DNA of 64,000 nt from Nitrosopumilus sp. (GTDB lineage Archaea > Thermoproteota > Nitrososphaeria > Nitrososphaerales > Nitrosopumilaceae): positions 384,001 through 448,000 of the forward strand of contig OZ244651.1 of the NCBI GenBank assembly GCA_965218695.1, given 5' to 3'. Every line of letters begins with the position of its first letter. Position 1 is the first letter of the stretch. The position numbers were made by a program, and so were the translations under genes. Below are positions 61,586 to 64,000 of the stretch, one piece after another. The notes below the pieces were generated by a model. That model was not told the DNA's origin, did not search any database, and saw only the letters and a list, made by a program, of their open reading frames with translations.

Positions 61586-62839
61586 TACCAAAAGTGAAAA
61601 GTTGATGCGATTGTCACATATTTTACCACATCTAAAGTTATACCAATTTCACGTCCCACAGTCAATGAAGATCAAGACGATGTTGAAAAGATACGCCGCT
61701 GAGACAGACTGCGATACCAAGGACCGCATGATGCTGATCATCAGAGTCAAACGTGATGGAATAACCATGAGGGATTCTGCAAAATCCCTGGGAAAGTCAG
61801 CCTCGTGGGGCTACAAGTGGCACGAGCGCTACCTGGAAGTCGGATTTGACAGGCTGGGAAACATGCCGCGCTCCGGCAGGCCGACCAAGGCGAGCAAGGC
61901 AGACATGAAGAAGATCAGAAAGGCCGCATGCAGGAAACCTGTCTGGACTGGCATGGAGATGCAGCAATACATCCAACAGAAGACCGGAGTGAAGTACGAA
62001 CTCGGATATGTGCGCCAGATACTGCGCGGGTGGGGCTATTCCCAAAAGGTTCCCGTAGGAAAACATGCAAGAAGGGCGCCTGACGAGGAGATCAGGAAAT
62101 TCCAAAAAGAGATGCCAGAGCTTATAAAAAAAAGAACAGTGAAGGAACAGTCGTAGCGATACAGGACGAGTCCATAGTAATCTCCGATGCGCGGCCGCGA
62201 AGACGCGGCTACACCAGGAAGGGAATACGGGCGTTTTTCACGTACACCGGCTCACACTCCAAGACGATAATCCATGGACTAATCACCACGGACGGCAGGG
62301 GCATGTTCCGGCAGTACGATGCGTTTACCAAGGACACCTTTGAGGACTTTCTAAGGCAGGCGATGTACAGGTTCAAGAAGATCTGCCTGATCATGGACAA
62401 GGCCTCCCAGCACAGGGCATCAAACATACGCAAACTGCTTGATGGCACAGACGGCCTGGAGATAATCTTCCTGCCAACTGCGACCCCGGACCTGAGCGCC
62501 ATAGAGACGTACTGGAGGGATCTCAAACGGGCAGTGCTTGACGTGCCGTACACCAGCCTGAGCATGCTCCGCGAGGCGATCACCAGGTACGCGAGGTACA
62601 AAAAACCAAATCTGGTAGTCGAGAATTTTCTGTACAGGGCCATCTAGAACGACATCAAACCACACCGGATCCACGCCGCCTAGCGTGTGCCATGCACGGC
62701 GCATCAGAGCATGCAATGTCTAATGTTCGGGGCGTCTTTTCTCGTCATTTGGGAATTCAACGCACCTCGTAATTTCCAGAGATGGATGTCGCATCAAAAA
62801 TTTATGAGCGATTTTGATATGAATTTTTCATTGCTGGTA
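61586..62839 (+). mobile_element. IS630 type C full copy (1254 bp)
   Basis: Apparently identical to 9598-10851; TA TSD 61584-61585 and 62840-62841. Confidence 0.95.
61665..62647 (+). CDS. IS630 transposase, -1 frameshift at A8G 62126-62134
   Basis: Same two ORFs as 9677-10659. Confidence 0.85.
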
Positions 62840-62853
62840 TACCAAGGACCGCA

Positions 62854-64000
62854 CCTATGTTAACCACCCCGGAGCATTTACCACGATAATCCCGCTATAT
62901 TTCCGGTCTGTGCCTGAGTTGCACGGTACATCATTTATAGCTGACGCTGGGCAGCATGATCAGGATGCAGGATCCGCCAGGTTCACTTCTGGCGCGCCCT
63001 TTTCATCTTGGCCAGCTTGCGTCTGTACAGTCTTTCGTTGTGTGACGAGTATATCGTCCTGGTATTGAGCATGTGCCATGCTATGGTGAGCATCTTGTTT
63101 GCCACCACCACTACGGCAGGCCCGTGCTTGTCTGCATGTCTCCTGCGTGCAGACTCGTATACTGCCGCCATCCTGTCATCATGCCGCACCGCGGTGTTTG
63201 CAGCCTCCATCATGGCCCAGTTGACAATTTTGTTGCGGTCAATCTTTTTTATCCTTCCAGTATACAGCTGGTTGCCGGACTGGTAGACTACGGGACACAT
63301 GCCTGCCCACGAGACCAGGTTTTTCGGGCTCTCAAACCTGGAGATATCCCCTATCTCTGCTGCAAGCAGCAGTGCGGTGTATGTTCCCAGACCGGTCAGG
63401 CTTGCAAGAATCTCTGCGTCCTCGTTTTGTGCCGCCTCCCTGTCAAGGCATTCGTCCATGACTGCTATCTCCTCGGTCAGGTTTCTCATCTGCCGGACGC
63501 ATTGCTGGAGCACCATCTCGTCATGTGCAGAGCCGAGGCCTGCGGATTCCAGCTGTTCTGTTGCCTTTGCAGAATACATATCAGTGGCCTCCACTGCCAC
63601 GTCATACCTGTCAAGCAGGGCGTGGACGCGGTTTATCACGCGCGTCCTGTCTTGGACGATCCTTATCCTCTGCCTGACCATCTGCCTTATCCCCCTGATG
63701 TTGGCAGGCGGCACGTAGCACTCGGGTATCATGTCCATCCTCAACACCTGTGCAATCTTCTCTGCATCCACCCTGTCTGTCTTTTTTCCTGTCTTTGTAA
63801 TTATGGCCATCTTGAACGTGTTGGCAAGCTTGATCTCTATTCCTGCACCCTCAAATGCGGCATATGTGATGTTCCACATGTTGCCCGTAGTCTCGCATGC
63901 CGCGCGGCATCCCCTGCGGGCGTACCTGCGTGCGGCCTTTTCTGCAAACTCCTTTGCGCTTGCTGCCGTGTTTGGGTACTGCCCTCGTTGGAGGACCTTC
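62854..64000 (-). mobile_element. IS110/IS1111-family element #3 (partial; left end outside the window)
   Basis: Right end CA-CCT-ATGTTAACC mirrors CA-TCT-ATGTTAACC of element #1. Confidence 0.88.
62983..64000 (-). CDS. IS110-family recombinase (N-terminus outside the window)
   Basis: ETTGNMW, KKTDRVDA, SWAGMCPVVYQSG, VANKMLTIAWHML. Confidence 0.93.
   Translation of the reverse strand, partial: KVLQRGQYPNTAASAKEFAEKAARRYARRGCRAACETTGNMWNITYAAFEGAGIEIKLANTFKMAIITKTGKKTDRVDAEKIAQVLRMDMIPECYVPPANIRGIRQMVRQRIRIVQDRTRVINRVHALLDRYDVAVEATDMYSAKATEQLESAGLGSAHDEMVLQQCVRQMRNLTEEIAVMDECLDREAAQNEDAEILASLTGLGTYTALLLAAEIGDISRFESPKNLVSWAGMCPVVYQSGNQLYTGRIKKIDRNKIVNWAMMEAANTAVRHDDRMAAVYESARRRHADKHGPAVVVVANKMLTIAWHMLNTRTIYSSHNERLYRRKLAKMKRARQK

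Larger units (their letters stand above)
61455..62853 (+). mobile_element. Outer IS630 type C copy (left part only visible), interrupted by its own copy and then by IS110 #3
   Basis: 61455-61585 is the first 131 bp of the element. It resumes as CCAAGGACCGCA at 62842-62853, then is cut by IS110 #3. Confidence 0.9.

Overview
This 64-kb window comes from an ammonia-oxidising archaeon of the Nitrosopumilaceae, as judged by the thaumarchaeosortase, Alba, SMC, ProRS/ArgRS, deoxyhypusine synthase and an S-layer paralog. It is probably a host-associated lineage such as a sponge symbiont, given the serpin, TPR, DUF285 and collagen-like proteins, heavy IS load and frameshifted genes. Housekeeping blocks are interrupted by about 14 IS copies from IS630, IS110/IS1111, IS5 (ISL2-like and ISH1-like), ISH3 and IS66-like families, many of them nested, and most ends and duplications can be read directly. 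The best finding is that two complete archaeal IS110-family elements (8097-10881 and 59550-61212) each carry, upstream of the recombinase, a two-loop bridge-RNA-like structure. Its guide segments match that element's own insertion site and its circle junction. Both elements also have IS1111-type subterminal inverted repeats and apparently non-AUG start codons. Other notable signals are a nucleotidyltransferase gene split by three different IS elements, an IS630 inserted into its own copy, eukaryote-like microsatellites (including an in-frame one in ArgRS), and an Alba protein with a repeat tail of about 410 aa. No rRNA, tRNA or CRISPR array was seen. All product calls come from motif recognition by eye, not from database searches.
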